Origin: Eledone cirrhosa
Lineage: Eukaryota
Direction of reading: 5' to 3'
Length of the DNA: 64,000 bases
NCBI GenBank assembly: GCA_964016885.1
Contig: OZ024764.1
Coordinates: 11,222,001-11,286,000, forward strand
Under the pieces are notes generated by a model. It saw only the letters and a program-made list of their open reading frames with translations, was not told the origin of the DNA and made no database searches. Both the position numbers and the translations under genes were made by a program. The stretch's first letter is position 1, and every line of letters begins with the position of its first letter. Positions 25,040 to 39,235 of this stretch are shown piece by piece.

Positions 25040-27345
25040 TCCCACCACCACCAATAACAACAACAGCAGCATCACTACCACCATCACACCGCCACCACAC
25101 CACCACCACACCAATAACACCACCACCACACCATCACACTACCACCACCACACCAATAACACCACCACCACACCACCACCACATCACCACCACCACCACA
25201 CCACCACACCATCACACCACCACACCATCACACCATCACCACCACCACCACCACCACACCACACCACACCACCACACCACACCACACCACCACACCACCA
25301 CCACACCACAGCACACCACCACCGCACCACACCACACACATCACACCACCACACACCACACCACACCACAACCACACCATACCACACCACCACCACCACA
25401 CCACACCACCACCACACCACCACCACACCACACCACACCACATCACACCACCACACACCACACCATACCACACCACCACCACCACACCACACCACCACCA
25501 CACCACCACCACACCACCACCACACCACCACCACATCACCACCACCACCACACCATCACACCATCACACCACCACACCACCACCACCACACCACCACCAC
25601 ACCACACCACACCACCACCACCACACCACCACACCACCACCACCACACCACACCACACCACAACCACCACCACCCCACCACCACCACCCCACCACCACCA
25701 CCCCACCACCACCACCCCACCACCACCACCACACCACCACACCACACCACCCCACCACCACCCCACCCCACACCACACCACCACCACACCACCACCACAC
25801 CACACCACACCACCACCACCACCACACACCACCACCACCACACCACCACACCACCACACCCCACACACCACCACCACCACCACACCACACACCACACCAC
25901 ACCACACCACCACCACACCACCACCACACACCACACCACACACCACCACCACACCACCACACACCACACACCACACCACCACACACCACCACACCACCAC
26001 ACCACCACCACACCACACCACCAACACCACCACCACCACCACACCACCACCACACCACACCACCACCACAGCACACCACCACCACACCACACCACACCAC
26101 CACCACACCACCACACCACCACCACACCACCACCACCACACCACCACCACACCACCACCACACCACACCACCATCACACCACCACCATACCACACCACCA
26201 CACCACCACCACCACCACACCACACACTGCACCACCACCACACCACCACCACCACCACCACACACACCACCACACCACCACCACACCACACACACCGCAC
26301 CACCACCACACCACCACCACACCACCACCACACCACACCACCACCACACCACCACCACACCACACCACCACCTAGCATATATTTCCACCACCACAGCACA
26401 CCACACCACCACCACACCACCACCACACCACACCACACCACCACCACACCACACCACACCACATCACACCACACCACACCACCACCACCACACCACCACA
26501 CCACCACCACACCACACCACCACACCACACCACACCACCACACCACACCACACCACCACACCACACCACCACACCACACCACCACACCACACCACCACAC
26601 CACCACCGCACCACACCACACCACCACCGCACCACACCACACCACCACACACCACACCACAACCACACCATACCACACCACCACCACCACACCACCACAG
26701 CACACCACCACCACCACACCACCACCACACCACCACCACCACCACCACACCACCACACCACACCACCACACCACACCACACACACCACACCACACACACC
26801 ACACCACACACACCACACCACACCACACCACACCACCACCACCACCACACCACACCACACCACACCACACCACCACCACCACACCACCACCACCACACCA
26901 CACCACACCACCACACCACACCACACCACACCACCACCACACCACACCACACCACACCACACCACACCACACCACCACACCACACCACACCACACCACCA
27001 CACCACACCACACCACACCACCACCACACCACCACCACACCACCACCACACCACCACCACACCACCACACCACAACCACACCACCACACCACCACACCAC
27101 CACCACACCACCACCACACCACCACACCACAACCACACCACCACACCACCACACCACCACACCACCACACCACCACCCCACCCCACCACCACACCACCAC
27201 CACACCACCACACCACAACCACACCACCACACCACCACACCACCACACCACACCACCACCACACCACCACACCACCACCACCACACCACCACCACACCAC
27301 CACCACCACACCACCACCACCACACCACCACCACCACACCACCAC
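25040..27345. repeat. (CAC/CACAC)n low-complexity tract
   Basis: Direct inspection; the 947-aa ORF is an artefact. Confidence 0.95.
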
Positions 27346-27431
27346 CTGCTGCTAAGGTTCAGATCTATCACTTTTGAAGACATTCAGATTCCTACAACAC
27401 CTCCATATCTGATGTTGAGGTGTTGTTAGCA

Positions 27432-27529
27432 GATATACACACTATATGTATATATATATATACACTATATATATATATATATAGTGTGTATATATATATA
27501 TACACACTATATATATATATATACACACA

Positions 27530-27585
<56 letters not shown>

Positions 27586-28219
27586 TGTATATATATATAT
27601 ATACAGTATATATATACACTATATATATATATATACACACTATATATATATATATATATATAGTGTGTATATATATATATATACACTATATATATATATA
27701 TACACTATATATATATATATATACACTATATATATATATATATATATACACACTATATATATATATATATATATACACACTATATATATATATATATATA
27801 TACACACTATATATATATATATATACACACACTATATATATATATATACACTATATATATATATACACTATATATATATATATAGATATATAGATATATA
27901 CACACATTATATATATATATATAGATATATACACACACATTATATATATATATACATATACATACATACTCACACATCACATGTATACATATATACGCAC
28001 ATACACAAACACATATATAAATATATATATACACACATATATATATATATATATATATATGTGTGTATGTATATATATGTGTGTATGTATATATATGTAT
28101 GTATGTATATATATGTATATACATATATATTTATATATGTACACGTATATATATATGTATATCTGTATATACATATATATATATGTATGTATATACATAT
28201 GTGTATGTATGTATATTCA

Positions 28220-28267
<48 letters not shown>

Positions 28268-28280
28268 TATACAGATATAT
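27432..28280. repeat. (TA)n microsatellite with acact interruptions
   Basis: Direct inspection. Confidence 0.95.
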
Positions 28281-28565
28281 AAATTCACTGTCCTCATACC
28301 ACTGTAACATACAGGTGTGTGTTGTATATATATCATCATCATCATCATTGTTTAATGGCTATATCACACGTTAGCATGGATATATATATATATATATATA
28401 TATACAGAGATAGGGAGAGAGAAAGGAGAGAGATAGAGAGGATAGAGAGAGGGTGTGAGAGAGTATAGATAGATAGTCATATATATATATACAGAGAGAG
28501 AGAGAGTGTGTTTAGTGTTAGACATTACAACTCTCTGTCACCTTACATCAAACAACTCCATGTAA

Positions 28566-30015
28566 ATGGTGGTGGTGGCAGTGTTCATGGTGGTGGTAGT
28601 GGTGGTGGTGGTGGCAGTGTTCATGGTGGTGGTAGTGGTGGTGGTGGTGGCAGTGTTCATGGTGGTGGTAGTGGTATTAGTGGTGGTGGTGGTGGCAGTG
28701 TTCATGGTGGTGGTAGTGGTATTAGTGGTGGTGGTGGTAGTGTTGATGGTGGTGGTAGTAGTGGTGGCGGTGGTAGTGTTGATGGTAGTGGTATTGGTGG
28801 TGGTGGTGGTGGTAGCAGTGTTGGTGGTGGTGGTAGTGGTATTAGTGGTGGTGGTGGTAGTAGTGGTGGTGATTGTAGTGTTGATGGTGGTGGTGGTAGT
28901 AGTGGTGGTGGTGGTAGTGTTGATGGTGGTGGTAGTAGTGGTGGCGGTGGTAGTGTTGATGGTGGTGGTGGTAGTAGTGGTGGTGGTGGCAGTGTTCATG
29001 GTGGTGGTGGTAGTAGTGGTGGTGGTGGTAGTAGTGGTGGTGGTGGTAGTAGTGGTGGTGGTGGTAGTGTTGATGGTGGTGGTGGTAGTAGTGGTGGTGG
29101 TGGTAGTGTTGATGGTGGTGGTAGTAGTGGTGGCGGTGGTAGTGTTGATGGTGGTGGTAGTGGTATTAGTGGTGGTGGTGGTGGTAGCAGTGTTGATGGT
29201 GGTGGTAGTGGTATTAGTGGTGGTGGTAGTAGTGGTGGTGGTGGTAGTGGTAGTGGTATTAGTGGTGGTGGTAGTAGTGGTGGTGGTGGTAGTGGTAGTT
29301 GTATTAGTGGTGGTGGTAGTGTTGATGGAGGTGGTGGTGGTGGTAGTGGTGGTGGTAGTGGTAGAGTTGATGGCGGTGGTGGTAGTGGTGGTGGGGGTAG
29401 TGTTGATGGTGGTGGTACTGGTGGTGGTAGTAGTGTTGATGGTGGTGGTAGTGTTGATGGTGATGGTAGTAGTGGCGGTGGTAGTGGTATTAGTGGTGGT
29501 GGTAGTGTTGATGGGGGTGGTAGTGGTGGTGGTAGTGTTGATGGTGATGGTAGTAGTAGTGGTGGTGGTAGTGTTGATGGTTGTGGTATTGGTGGTGGTA
29601 GTAGTGGTGGTGCTAGTGTTGATGGTGATGGTAGTAGTGGTGGTGGTAGTGTTGATGGTGGTGGTAGTGGTGATGGTGGTGGTAGTAGTTGTGATGGTGG
29701 CGATGGTGGTAGTGGTGATGTTGGTGATAGTAGTAGTGGTGGTGGTAGTGGTGATGGTGGTGGTAGTAGTGGTGATGGTGGTGGTGGTAGTGTTGATGGT
29801 GGTGGTAGTAGTGGCGATGGTGGTGATGGTGCTAGTGTTGATGCTGGCAGTAGCTGTGGTGATGGTGATGGTGATGTTGATGCTGGTGGTGGTGACAGTG
29901 GTATGATGATGGCGGCAGTGGTGGTGGTAGTGATGATGGTTGTGATGTTGATGCTGGTGGCGGTGGTGGTGATGTTGGTTGTGATGGTGGTGGTGGCAGT
30001 GGTGGTGGTGGTAAT
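28566..30015. repeat. (GGT)n degenerate trinucleotide tract
   Basis: ggtggtggtagtgttgat units. Confidence 0.93.
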
Positions 30016-30167
30016 GTGACAGAAATGGCTCTCTTCTGAAGTAGAAGTGAGAGGCAGAAAATAATTCAATAATGCATGTGTGATATATATTTTTATACAC
30101 ATGTGTGTGTATATATGTGTGTGTGGATGTGTATATATATGTATACATATATATATTTATCCATATG

Positions 30168-30226
<59 letters not shown>

Positions 30227-30409
30227 GCACATGTCTGTGTGTGTTAATATACATACATGAATATATAAATACAGTTCAGTGTATGCACACACACACACAC
30301 ATAAATACAAACATATAGGATCTGTGTGTATACATACGCACATATGCATGTACATACACTAACACAGATTTTCACAAATACCAACACACTTAGACACATA
30401 CACACAGAT

Positions 30410-31690
30410 ACACACACATATATATATTCAAATACACATACTTGCACACCCACACACATACACACATAAGCAAACACCTATACATACACACACATATATA
30501 TATATATTCAAATACACATACTTGCACACCCACCCACACACATACACACATAAGCAAACACCTATACATACACACATATATATATATATTCAAATACACA
30601 TACTTACACACCCACACACATACACACATAAGCAAACACCTATACATACACACATATATATATATATTCAAATACACATACTTACACACCCACACACATA
30701 CACACATAAGCAAACACCTATACATACACACATATATATATATATATATTCAAATACACATACTTGCACACCCGCACACATACACACATAAGCAAACACC
30801 TATACATACACACACATATATATATATATTCAAATACACATACTTGCACACCCACACACATACACACATAAGCAAACACCTATACATACACACATATATA
30901 TATATATTCAAATACACATACTTGCATGCCCACACATACACCTATACATACACTCACACATATATATATATATATTCAAATACACATACTTGCACACCCA
31001 CACATACACATATGCAAACACCTATACATACATATGTAGCCAAATCACAAACCTATATACTCCTTCATAAGCATACATACACACACATCCATCTACACAC
31101 TCATCCATGCATGCACACACTCATCCAAACATCCATACATGCACACATTCATCCATACACATACATCTACACACGCATACATCCATACATGCACACATTC
31201 ATCCATACACATACATCTACACACGCATACATCCAGGCACACATTCATCCACACACACATCCATCTATATACACATTCACCCAAATGCATACATCCACTC
31301 ACGCACCCATACACAAAACATTCATCCAAACACAGTGGCGCATCTCAACACATACACACATACACATCCATGCACACATACATCCACCTACACACACATC
31401 CATCCAAACACACAGTGGCACATCTCAACACATACACACATACACATCCATGCACACATACATCCACCTACACACACATCCATCCAAACACACGGTCACA
31501 CATACACACATACACATCCATGCACACATACATCCACCTACACACACATCCATCCAAACACACGGTCACACATCTCAACACATACACACATACACATCCA
31601 TGCACACATACATCCACCTACACACACATCTATCCAAACACACGGTCACACATCTCAACACACACACACATACATACACACACCCCTATA
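30410..31690. repeat. CA-rich minisatellites (~80-bp unit, 30420-31030; second unit 31320-31670)
   Basis: attcaaatacacatacttgcacaccc...aagcaaacacctatacatac repeated about 7 times. Confidence 0.85.
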
Positions 31691-32211
31691 CATATCAATC
31701 CTATTTTTCAACAACATCCTTACTTGTTATTGTAAAACTTGTAAAACAGAAGAAAGGGAGAAAAAGAATGTCTTCTTAGCTTAGCCGAGAATATTCATAT
31801 TGTCAAATTATTTCTTCTATAACAAGTGGAGCTCTTTAGGGCAACATATGACATTGTAAATTAACACTGAAGAAGGATTATTACTACTGCTACTGCTACT
31901 ACTACTACTACTACTACTACTGCCAACACTACTGCTGCTGCTACTACTACTACTACTACTGCTGCTGTTGCTGCTGCTACTGCTACTGCTGCTGTTGCTG
32001 CTACTACTACTACTACTGCTGCTACTACTACTGCTGCTACTGCTGCTGCTACTACTACTACTACTACTACTGATGATGATTCTATTTATTGACCACATGG
32101 GCTGACATGTAAGAGACAATACAAAGACAAGGACAGTGGGGGGTTTACAATAAAGATGAGTAAAAATACACAATAACAAAACCAATTTAATAATGAAAAA
32201 GAAAAATAATA

Positions 32212-32408
32212 ATAATAATAATGGTTTCTTATATAGGCACAAGGCCAGTAATTTTGAGGGAGGGGAAAGTCAATTAAATTGACCCAGTGCATTACCGGTA
32301 CTTTATTTTATCGACCCTGTAAAGGATGAAAGGCAAAGCTAAGCTCGGCGGGATTTGAACTGAGAACGTAAAGGACCGTAATTCTATGCTGCAAAGCATG
32401 GCGTCTGA
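32212..32408 (-). mobile_element. SINE family B, head replaced by satellite
   Basis: Matches family B up to gcatggcgtctga, where the 95-bp array begins. Confidence 0.85.
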
Positions 32409-33928
32409 TCAGCTCATTTCTTTTGCCAGGAGTTGTGACTGACAGATAGTATCAACAATGGAAATACCAATGGAAGCATTGTTTCCTTGGTCTGATCTGC
32501 TGAGCAGAACCTCTACTTTCTTCAGCTAAAACTTTCAACTAGCAGACTATACCAGCAATGGAAAGACCAATAGAAGCATTGTTTCCTTGGTCTGATCTGA
32601 TGATCAGCTCCTTTCTTCTGCCAGGAGTTGTGACTGACAGACAGTATCAGTTATGGAAATACCAATGGAAGCATTGTTTCCTTGGTCTGATCTGCTGATC
32701 TGAACCTCTACTTTGTTCAGCTAAAAGTTTCAACTAGCAGACTATACCAGCAATGGAAAGACCAATAGAAACATTGTTTCCTTGGTCTGATCTGATGATC
32801 AGCTCCTTTCTTCTGCCAGGAGTTGTGACTGACAGACAGTATCAGCAATAGAAAGACTAATGGAAACATTGTTTCCATTGGTCTGATCTGATGATCAGCT
32901 CCTTTCTTCTGCCAGGAGTTGTGACTGACAGATAGTATCAGCAGTGGAAAGACCAATGGAAACATTATTTCCTTGGTCTGATCTGATGATCAGCTCCTTT
33001 CTTCTGCCAGGAGTTGTGACTGACAGACAGTATCAGTAATGGAAAGACCAATGGAAACATTGTTTCCTTGGTCTGATCTGATGATCAGCTCCTTTCTTCT
33101 GCCAGGAGTTGTGACTGACAGATAGTATCAGCAATGGAAAGACCAATGGAAACATTATTTCCTTGGTCTGATCTGATGATCAGCTCCTTTCTTCTGCCAG
33201 GAGTTGTGACTGACAGATAGTATCAGCAATGGAAAGACCAATGGAGACATTGTTTCCTTGGTCTGATCTGATGATCAGCTCCTTTCTTCTGCCAGGAGTT
33301 GTGACTGAGAGATAGTATCAGCAATGGAAAGACCAATGGAGACATTGTTTCCTTGGTCTGATCTGATGATCAGCTCCTTTCTTCTGCCAGGAGTTGTGAC
33401 TGAGAGATAGTATCAGCAATGGAAAGACCAATGGAAACATTGTTTCCTTGGTCTGATCTGATGATCAGCTCCTTTCTTCTGCCAGGAGTTGTGACTGACA
33501 GATAGTATCAGCAATGGAAAGACCAATGGAGACATTGTTTCCTTGGTCTGATCTGATGATCAGCTCCTTTCTTCTGCCAGGAGTTGTGACTGACAGATAG
33601 TATCAGCAATGGAAAGACCAATGGAGACATTGTTTCCTTGGTCTGATCTGATGATCAGCTCCTTTCTTCTGCCAGGAGTTGTGACTGAGAGATAGTATCA
33701 GCAATGGAAAGACCAATGGAAACATTGTTTCCTTGGTCTGATCTGATGATCAGCTCCTTTCTTCTGCCAGGAGTTGTGACTGACAGATAGTATCAGCAAT
33801 GGAAAGACCAATGGAGACATTGTTTCCTTGGTCTGATCTGATGATCAGCTCCTTTCTTCTGCCAGGAGTTGTGACTGACAGATAGTATCAGTAATGGAAA
33901 GACCAATGGAAACATTGTTTCCTTGGTC
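32405..33928. repeat. 95-bp tandem satellite (~16 units) derived from a SINE body
   Basis: Period 95 (gccaggagtt at 33101, 33196, 33291). Unit matches the reverse complement of 37720-37806. Confidence 0.93.
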
Positions 33929-34255
33929 CAGTCTGACAGTGTTGGGGACTTTCTTTTTCTTCTAGACTCAATGACACTCACACCAATTGTTGGATATGCC
34001 ATAAGCATATGAGCATCAACCCCAAACCACGCACTATAGATATATACACTCCCACACTTTCACATACACCCACACTTTCACATACACCCACACGTCAAAT
34101 GTGCATCATCATCAAGAACACTTCATCCCTGCCCCCACTAGAAGCAACACCTGGTGCTGTCTATGATATCTGCATACACATACTGACATACACACACATT
34201 CACACTCACACACACACACTCTTGCAGAAACACTCATACACACATATATGAATTA

Positions 34256-34307
<52 letters not shown>

Positions 34308-34491
34308 GTTTGTTGTGTGTGTCAGTGTCAGTTACATATATATATACATGACATATATATATATATATTATAATTATGCATATACATGTACGTATACATA
34401 CATACATACGTATGTATATATATATATATATGTGTGTGTATATATATATATGTGTATATGTATAAATATATATATATGTTTATATATATGT

Positions 34492-34535
<44 letters not shown>

Positions 34536-34578
34536 TCACATCTGTGTGAGTGTACATATGTAAATATATAAGTATATA

Positions 34579-34628
<50 letters not shown>

Positions 34629-34964
34629 GTCTGTTTCCACCGAAATGCCAGGATATTCCATTATGTCAAATCCAGCTATTCATTGAGCCCCCTCTCCGCC
34701 CCCCACTACCCCTCCCCTCACTCACACGACACCAACACCCTCCACTACATTCCTGAGGGCCTTATTAAATATTAAAAGGACCGCTGCTACCCTCCCCTCC
34801 CCCTCTTTCGAATTCATCATTTTGACAGGAAATAAAGGGGTGGGGACACCCTCATTGTACCCCTCTGATATCCTTTCTCTCCCTTTTTGGTTATCTGGTT
34901 ATCTCCCTTTCCATCTATTTCCCCTTTCTCGCTTTATTTATCTGTGTATGTATGTATCTGTTTC

Positions 34965-35330
34965 TGTCTATCTATCTATCCCCCCCTCTATCTAACTATC
35001 TCCCTCTATCCCTCTATCTAACTATCCCCCCCTCTATCTATCTATCTCCCCTCTATCTATCTATCTATCTATCTCCCTCTATCTATCTATCTATCTATCT
35101 ATCCCCACCTCTATCTAACTATCTCCCTCTATCCCTCTATCTATCTATCTCCCTCTATCTATCTACCCCCCTCTATCTATCTATCTATCTCCCTCTATCT
35201 CTCTATCTATCTATCCCCCCTCTATCTATCTATCCCCCCTCTATCTATCTATCTATCTCCCTTTATCTATCTATCTATCTATCTATCTATCTCCCTCTAT
35301 CTATCTATCTATCTATCTATCTAGCTAGCT
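34965..35330. repeat. (CTAT)n microsatellite with C-run interruptions
   Basis: Direct inspection. Confidence 0.9.
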
Positions 35331-35477
35331 ATAATAGTTTTATTTTCATATACCTGTATGTAAACTCCCCATTTGTATTTGTCCCCTTTTCTGCCCTCGT
35401 GGCTAATAAAGAAATTTATCTATCTATCTATCGATCTATCTATCTATTACACTCTCTATATCTTTTCTGTCTGTATG

Positions 35478-35570
35478 TCTGTCATGCTAGCGTGGAAGAT
35501 AGACATTAATTGATGATGATGATGATCATCATCTTCGTTTAACGTCCATCTTCCACGCTAGCATGACAGA
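35478..35570. repeat. Fold-back palindrome made of a retroposon tail
   Basis: tctgtcatgctagcgtggaagat...(gat)n/(cat)n...atcttccacgctagcatgacaga. Confidence 0.85.
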
Positions 35571-35678
35571 TATATATAAATATCTGCTCAAGGAAGAGTT
35601 AAACTACACACGCCTGTCTAAACTATGTCATATCACCATCACCATCATCACCATCATCACCATCACCATTATCACCAC

Positions 35679-35714
<36 letters not shown>

Positions 35715-35869
35715 TGTCATCATCGTTTAACCTTTATTTTCGCTGCTATCAAGAGCTGGATGTGTCTTCCCTGACCTCATAGGCTGAGGGCCTGCATCTT
35801 TCTTGCATACAACCTCGCATTCTATCGGTTGCTCCGACAGTCTAGAGGTTGTGATATATGATCCTATGG

Positions 35870-36435
35870 TCTATTGAATGCATTTTATCGTTGTACCAGT
35901 AGTAGGGGAGTTGCCATACCTTTGACACAACTGAAGAGTCCTCCAGGTCCTTGTTTTGGTAGGTTTTCTAGGGCTGGATGCTCTTCCTATCATTAACCAC
36001 TTTAAAGAGTGTACTGGGTGCATATATTCTGTTGATCACCAACACCAGAGATGTTATTGTCTTTGACACAACTGAAGAGTCCTCCTGACCCTCTGTTTGG
36101 CAAGTATCTAGGGCTGCATGCTCTTCCTATCGCTAACCACATTACAGAGTGTACTGGGTGCATATATTCTGTTGATCACCAACACCAGAGATGTTATTGT
36201 CTTTGACACAACTGAAGAGTCCTCCTGACCCTTTGTTTGGCAAGTATCTAGGGCTGGATGCTCTCCTGTCATTGACCACTTTACCGAGTGTACTGGGTGC
36301 ATTTATCGTGCAAACCTCAAACACTAAGGAAAGGAGGTTGTGATATCTATGGCACAACTAAGAGCCCTTCCAACCATTTATTTGGTAGGGAGCTATGGTT
36401 GGTTGCGCTTCCTATCACCAACCACTTTACACAAT
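35870..36435. repeat. ~140-bp tandem repeat (~4 diverged units) related to the array at 56255-58250, opposite orientation
   Basis: ggctggatgctcttcctatc...accacttt...gagtgtactgggtg; gtactgggtg at 36011, 36151, ~36290. Confidence 0.75.
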
Positions 36436-36719
36436 GGCTGCTATTTCCTACAAGTTGAGCGACCACATAGAAGCTCTTTGGTTAGCTTTTGGATATTTTC
36501 TTTCTAGTTATTATTATTGTTGTTGTGGTTATTGTTGTTTTGGTTGTTGTTTCTGCTGCTATTGTTAATTTTCTAGTTGTGTTGTTGTTGTTGTGGTTAT
36601 TGTCATGACTTGTTGTGGCTGTTGTTGTTGTGGTGGCTGTTGTTGTTGTTGTTAAAGTTGTAATTCCTCTTGAGCAATGCTTTTAAATCCCTTTGTCCCT
36701 GCAAGCTTAAAATAATTTT

Positions 36720-37140
36720 AAACAACAACAACAACAACAACAACAACATCAATAAGAACAAGAAAAAAAAAAACTACTTCAGCAGTAACTACTACTACTA
36801 CCACCACCACCATGATCACCACATCAGTAACAACAGTAGCAACTACTACTACTACTACTACCACATCAGTAACAACAGTTACTACTACTACTACTACTAC
36901 TACTACATCAGTAGCAACAGTAACTACTATTACTACTACTACTACTACCACATCAGTAACAACAGTTACTACTACTACTACTACTACTACTACATCAGTA
37001 ACAACAGTAACTACTACTATTACTACTACTACTACTACTACATCAGTAACAACAGTAACTACTACTACTACTACTATTACTACTACTACTACTACAGTAA
37101 CAACAGCAGCAATAACAACAACAGTAACAACAATAATAAT
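36720..37140. repeat. (AAC)/(TAC)n minisatellite
   Basis: acatcagtaacaacagt(a/t)actactac units. Confidence 0.9.
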
Positions 37141-37340
37141 TGTTTCTTGTTTTGGCACAAGGCCAGCAATTACCCCAGTGCATTACTGGTACTTTATTTT
37201 ATCAACCCCGTAAGGATGAAAGGGAAAGTTAACCTCGGCGGGATTTGAACTGAGAACGTAAAGGGCCATAACTCTATGCTGCAAAGCAGGGTGTCTGAGG
37301 TCCTACCGATTACTGCCAATCCACTTCCCATCAACACAAC
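37135..37340 (-). mobile_element. SINE family B copy
   Basis: Family B sequence; near-identical to 41145-41350, including flank. Confidence 0.88.
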
Positions 37341-37704
37341 AATAATAATAGTTGTAACAATGATGTCTTTTATTGTCCACAAAAATGCCTTCCTTGTCCC
37401 TCTCAATTTCCTGTAGCACAGGAAAACCACAGTGCGACTTCGTGTGATAGAGGACGTAGAGAGTTAATTGTCATTGAGAAAGCTAATCTAACTGGTTTAG
37501 CAGATCACAGCGCATGCGTTAAATAATTGACGATTTCCATTTCTCAGTATATCACAAGTGTATGCTAGTGAGTTACACTGTGTGTGGAAGGGTTCTTTGT
37601 CAAAGTTTCAGTTTAGTAGATCGCTGTTAATAGCAGTGAAGTGGATGCATTAAATAATTGACAATTTAATGCATGCACTTCACATATATATATATTTTTT
37701 TTAA

Positions 37705-37922
37705 AACGATCGACTTTCGTCAAATCGGACCGAGGAAACAATGTTTCCATTGGTCTTTCCAATTGCTAATACTATCTATCGGTCGCAACTCCAGGCAGAA
37801 GGAGCAACATGAAATAAATTGTCTTGCTCAAGGACATAACGCATTGCCTGGTCCAGGAATCGAACTCACAACCTCACGATTGCGAATCCAATTCTCTAAC
37901 CACTCGGCCACACGCCTTCACT
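37705..37922 (-). mobile_element. tRNA-derived CORE-like SINE variant
   Basis: Minus strand ggcgtgtggccgagtggttag...gagttcgattcc...tccttgagcaagaca; its body is the source of the 95-bp satellite. Confidence 0.85.
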
Positions 37923-38269
37923 TCATATATATATATATATATATATATTTATTAAATAACAGGTTAAAGTTTAAGCAAAGAATCGCTGCTTTCACCCTTA
38001 ACGGGATCTTCTGAAACTAACAAAGTCAATCTGTGAACACAGAAGTGAATATTACAAAAAACGTTGCAACCAGAGGAAGACAGGAAGACGATACTTTGGT
38101 TCGTGGAAACGTTCCCTGGCAAAGAAAGGGAAAAAACGAAGATAATACGTCATTATTTGGAGCGGTGAAAAACATATATATATATGTAGGAGGTGAGTAA
38201 TATTGTAGAACAATAAAACTATGCATATATCAGATAAGTAGCACTGAACAGTTGGTAGAACTGGAGTAT

Positions 38270-38353
38270 ATATAAAGAAGAAAATAAAAGATGGTTAAAA
38301 AAGTTCCATATATATGGAACTTTTTTAACCATCTTTTAATTTCTTCTTTATAT
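38270..38353. repeat. 84-bp palindrome centred on (TA)n
   Basis: atataaagaagaaaataaaagatggttaaaaaagttccatat|atatggaac...ttctttatat; one mismatch. Confidence 0.93.
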
Positions 38354-38389
38354 CATCATCTTCGTTTAATGTCCATTTTCCACGCTAGC

Positions 38390-38456
<67 letters not shown>

Positions 38457-38491
38457 TATAAGTATTAATAAAATAGATGTTCTTTTGATCA

Positions 38492-38554
38492 ATTACATTT
38501 TATTATACATATTTCGGATGTACAACAGTACATCCTCATCAGACAAAATATAAT
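38492..38554 (-). ncRNA. Minimal type I hammerhead ribozyme
   Basis: AUUAUAUUUUGU-CUGAUGA-GGAUGUAC-uguu-GUACAUCC-GAAA-UAUGU-AUA^AUAAAAUGUAAU: 12-bp stem I (two G.U), perfect 8-bp stem II, short stem III. Confidence 0.85.
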
Positions 38555-38662
38555 GATACATGACATACCCTGAGATGTTAAATGGTTAAGATTTAATCAA
38601 GGTAGTCGATTAAATCTTGATTAAATCTTAACCATTTAACATCTCAGGGTATGTCATGTATC

Positions 38663-38725
38663 ATTATATTTTGTCTGATGAGGACGTACTGTTGTACATC
38701 CGAAATATGTATAATAAAATGTAAT
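38663..38725 (+). ncRNA. Minimal type I hammerhead ribozyme
   Basis: Mirror copy: CTGATGA 38675-38681, stem II 38682-38701 (one C.A mismatch), GAAA 38702-38705, predicted cleavage after 38713. Confidence 0.82.
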
Positions 38726-38869
38726 TGATCAAAAGAACATCTATTTTATTAATACTTATATTTTAATAATAATAACTCCTGAAAATTATTTTCCATTGAG
38801 TGCTTCCAATCTACTGTAAAACTCATTCTTTGACATAATCATTGAATATTGTTTAACAACTTAATACTT

Positions 38870-38922
<53 letters not shown>

Positions 38923-38957
38923 AAAGAAACGAAAGAACGCTTACATACTCAAACAGT

Positions 38958-39017
38958 TTTATTCACTAACAATGTTTCATCCTCACCTTCTGGCAGGAAT
39001 CATCAGAGCCTAATAAA
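38958..39017 (-). ncRNA. Minimal type I hammerhead-like motif
   Basis: GCU-CUGAUGA-U-UCCUGCC-agaa-GGUGAGGA-U-GAAAC-auu-GUU^AGUGAAUAAA; U.U at the base of stem II. Confidence 0.6.
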
Positions 39018-39174
39018 TACAGTATTGAGTATAAGCTCCACAAAAACCTAGTAACACGAACAATCAGAATAAAGATAGGGAGATTGGAGATGGCGAACAA
39101 AGAGGTGCATGCTGGGGTTGTTAAGCACCGCAGCTGTGACTATGTTTTTTGTAGAGCTTATACTCAACACTGTA

Positions 39175-39235
39175 TTTATTAAGCTCTGATGATTCCTGCC
39201 AAAAGGTGTTGGATGAAACATTGTAAGTGAATAAA
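39175..39235 (+). ncRNA. Minimal type I hammerhead-like motif
   Basis: CTGATGA 39186-39192, GAAAC 39215-39219, GTA 39223-39225; stem I GCU/AGU plus UUUAUU/AAUAAA. Confidence 0.65.

Larger units (their letters stand above)
38450..38767. mobile_element. Fold-back element: 152-bp inverted arms, 14-nt spacer, one hammerhead per arm
   Basis: Arms 38450-38601 and 38616-38767, one mismatch seen; adjoins a (TA)n tract. Confidence 0.9.

Noticed and set aside
28508-30019. 503-aa Gly/Ser-rich ORF resembling a structural protein
   Set aside because: (GGT)n tract open in multiple frames; no ATG start or signal peptide; same repeat class occurs throughout the window.
32405-33928. Possible satellite-encoded hammerhead (CTGATGA, CAGCTCCT/AGGAGTTG hairpin, GAAAC-att-GTT in each unit)
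   Set aside because: The hairpin after CUGAUGA is followed by UGAC, not GAAA, and no stem I could be formed; not a valid core by eye.
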